Assembly (NCBI GenBank): GCA_965655095.1
Contig: OZ296651.1
Coordinates: 81,778,001-81,842,000, forward strand
Reading direction: 5' to 3'
Length of the DNA stretch: 64,000 nucleotides
Source of the DNA: Haplodiscus bocki
Taxonomy: Eukaryota
Numbering within the stretch: the first letter of the stretch is position 1; each line of letters begins with the position of its first letter. This document shows, one piece after another, positions 62,201 through 64,000 of this stretch. A model generated the notes under the pieces. It made no database searches. It was not told where the DNA came from and saw only the letters and a list, made by a program, of their open reading frames with translations. The position numbers and the translations under genes were made by a program.

Positions 62201-64000
62201 GAAAAGGACATACACCCCGACACAATGACTTACAAGGCCTGCCCCGTTTAGGATGGCAAATGTATAACCAATTGGCCAGCCTTTACCTCCATGAAGATGT
62301 GCTTTGCCGAAAATTTGAACCCCTCGACGGCAGTGAGCCTTACCTCCAACAAATTATCCCTCCCGCCTTAGTCCCTGAAATTATTACATCACTCCATGAC
62401 TCAGCTACAGCAGGACATTTGGGTACCTACAAGACGATAGAGAAAATACGACAACGATATTACTGGCCAGGATTTAAGGAGGACGTCAAAAAACATATTC
62501 GCTGTTGCGATCGCTGCCAAAAGCGAGCAGGACCTCCAAGGACACACCGGCATTCTCTCACCGACTGGCCCGTTAGTTACCCGTTCCACCACATTGGGTT
62601 GGACTTTCTTGGACCCCTTCCGATATCCAATAACTGTCAATATGTTTTGTTAATCGGCGATCACTTCACCAAGTGGTACGAAGCTATTCCACTGCCCGAT
62701 CAACGAGCTGAAACCACCGCCGACGCTCTACTAAAGCACTGGATTTGTCGCTTCGGATGCCCTCATAGCATACATACCGACCAAGGTCGCAACTTCGAGT
62801 CCGATCTTTTCCAACAATTATTGCGCCGCTTAGAGATCAACAAAACGCGGACTACGTCCTTTCATCCTCAGTCCAACGCTGTTATTGAACGAATGAACCG
62901 AACATTGTTGAACATGCTGGCGAAGTGTATAGATCAGAACCAGTCGGATTGGTCTTCATTGCTACCGTTTGTTTTAATGGCCTACCGATCATCGGTCCAT
63001 GAATCCACAGGATTCACACCATACTTTCTTGTATTTGGACATGAAATGTCACTGCCACTCGACTTAATGTACACACCTCCCGAACACAGTGAGCCATCGT
63101 CTCTGAAAAAGCAAGTGTTAGAGCGACAAGAGGCCATTCGCAAAGCGTTTGAGTTAGTCCGCCGAAACACTACCGCTCAACAGCTCCGACGAAGTGCCTT
63201 GTACAATCGTAAAGTGCACGGACCAGTGTACAAAGAAGGTGCCTGCGTTCTCCTTCATTACCCCGTCACCCCGCCAGGTTGTAGCCCCAAGTTATCTAGC
63301 CATTGGCGCGGTCCCTACCGCATCATTAAATGCCTCAATGACGTAAACTACAAAATCGAAGAAATAGGCATTGGAAAGCAACTCGTTGTTCATTACGATC
63401 GACTCAAACGGTACCATGGCGTCGTAGCTCCTACATCAATAATTCCCGAGCGTAACCCGATTTCCAAAAATGTTCCAACCAGTACACAATCTACACGGTT
63501 TGACCACTCTGCATGTGAGTATATGACCTTTCCAACAACTTCATTCCTACCTTCTGCCCCTTCCAAGTCTTTTTACCGTCCACAGCCCATCGCCACGCCC
63601 ATACCCGCTTCCCCTCGGCGCCCCTTGCCGCCGGAGTTCCCACCAACACCCTCGGCACCTCTTTCCTCTCACGATTCTTTCAACGCATCCACCCTTCCAG
63701 CCTGTTCCCCGTCCGCTAGTGGCAAAACGCCGCTCTCTGGAGTTACTCCAAAGGAGAGCTCCATTCCGACATCTGGCCGTCGAGGTATACAATCTGGCGA
63801 GCTACCGCCGTCAACACCTCCTGGTTCGTCCGGAAACGAAGCATCTTACTTCCACTCCACTTCCCCTTCTTCCCCAACCTCCACTCTAGACTCTGTTATT
63901 GCAAGAGCCTCGAGGCACCTGCACGACCGTCTTCTTCGGGAACCTCCCCCACCATCCACAAGAGAATTGCGCGCCACCACCGTGGCACAGCGCAAAGCGG
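59230..64000 (+). CDS. pol: Pol polyprotein: protease, RT, RNase H, macrodomain, integrase; open to the window end
   Basis: Manual translation shows no stop codon. Motifs: protease AVCDCGAS (D at 59383) and LLGLDFL; RT LRLVIDYRQLN and YLDD (60685-60696); RNase H LYTDAS, TDH, ADGLSR; integrase HHCC, D62602-D62779-35aa-E62887 and GPY (63310). Confidence 0.97.
61678..62091 (+). other. TARG1/OARD1 (Poa1p-like, DarG-like) macrodomain within Pol
   Basis: GDLFHSTDSLAHCVSADFKMSAGIA...RYIYHLITKQKFHNKPTY...ISMPCIGSGLDKLEW...IIVY aligns motif for motif with human OARD1 (GDLF..TDSLAHCISED.RMGAGIA; RYIYYLITKK...KPTY; LSMPRIGCGLDRLQW; ITVY), recalled from memory. Confidence 0.92.

Larger units (their letters stand above)
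55397..64000 (+). mobile_element. Ty3/Gypsy LTR retrotransposon, apparently intact, cut by the window end
   Basis: PBS, gag with two CCHC knuckles, and pol in the order PR-RT-RH-(macro)-IN. The 5' boundary is a guess (TGTTAC at 55397 plus a compositional shift); the 3' LTR is outside the window. Confidence 0.95.

Noticed and set aside
57942-63792. Alternative-frame and antisense ORFs overlapping gag and pol
   Set aside because: They are shadows of the long coding frames and have no independent motifs.

Overview
Eukaryotic (metazoan-like, AT-rich) genomic DNA in three parts. (1) About 350-37010 is a ~36.6 kb satellite array of ~154-bp monomers arranged as higher-order repeats (HORs): mostly a 7-mer of ~1077-1083 bp, plus 9-mer and 617-bp 4-mer variants and multi-kb re-duplications. 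The homogeneous core is flanked by diverged monomers on both sides. The many short ORFs listed there are repeat artefacts. (2) About 37-55 kb is repeat-rich intronic DNA (two DINE-1/Helentron-like non-autonomous elements, a hAT-like MITE, degenerate minisatellites, tRNA-like sequences). It carries four + strand exons of a DOCK-D (DOCK9/10/11, zizimin) guanine nucleotide exchange factor gene at 47887-49614, 50115-50227, 53445-53514 and 54410-54625. (3) From ~55.4 kb to the window end is an apparently intact Ty3/Gypsy LTR retrotransposon in the next DOCK intron. It has a PBS, three small ORFs upstream of gag (one a single-pass membrane protein with a PPxY motif), gag, a -1 frameshift signal, and an uninterrupted pol that the ORF track misses because it runs off the window. 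The most striking observation is a complete TARG1/OARD1 (DarG-like) macrodomain, with both catalytic residues kept, embedded in Pol between RNase H and integrase. This suggests a retroelement-borne ADP-ribosylation eraser. Homology calls come from manual translation and recalled family motifs; no database searches were run, and repeat boundaries are approximate.
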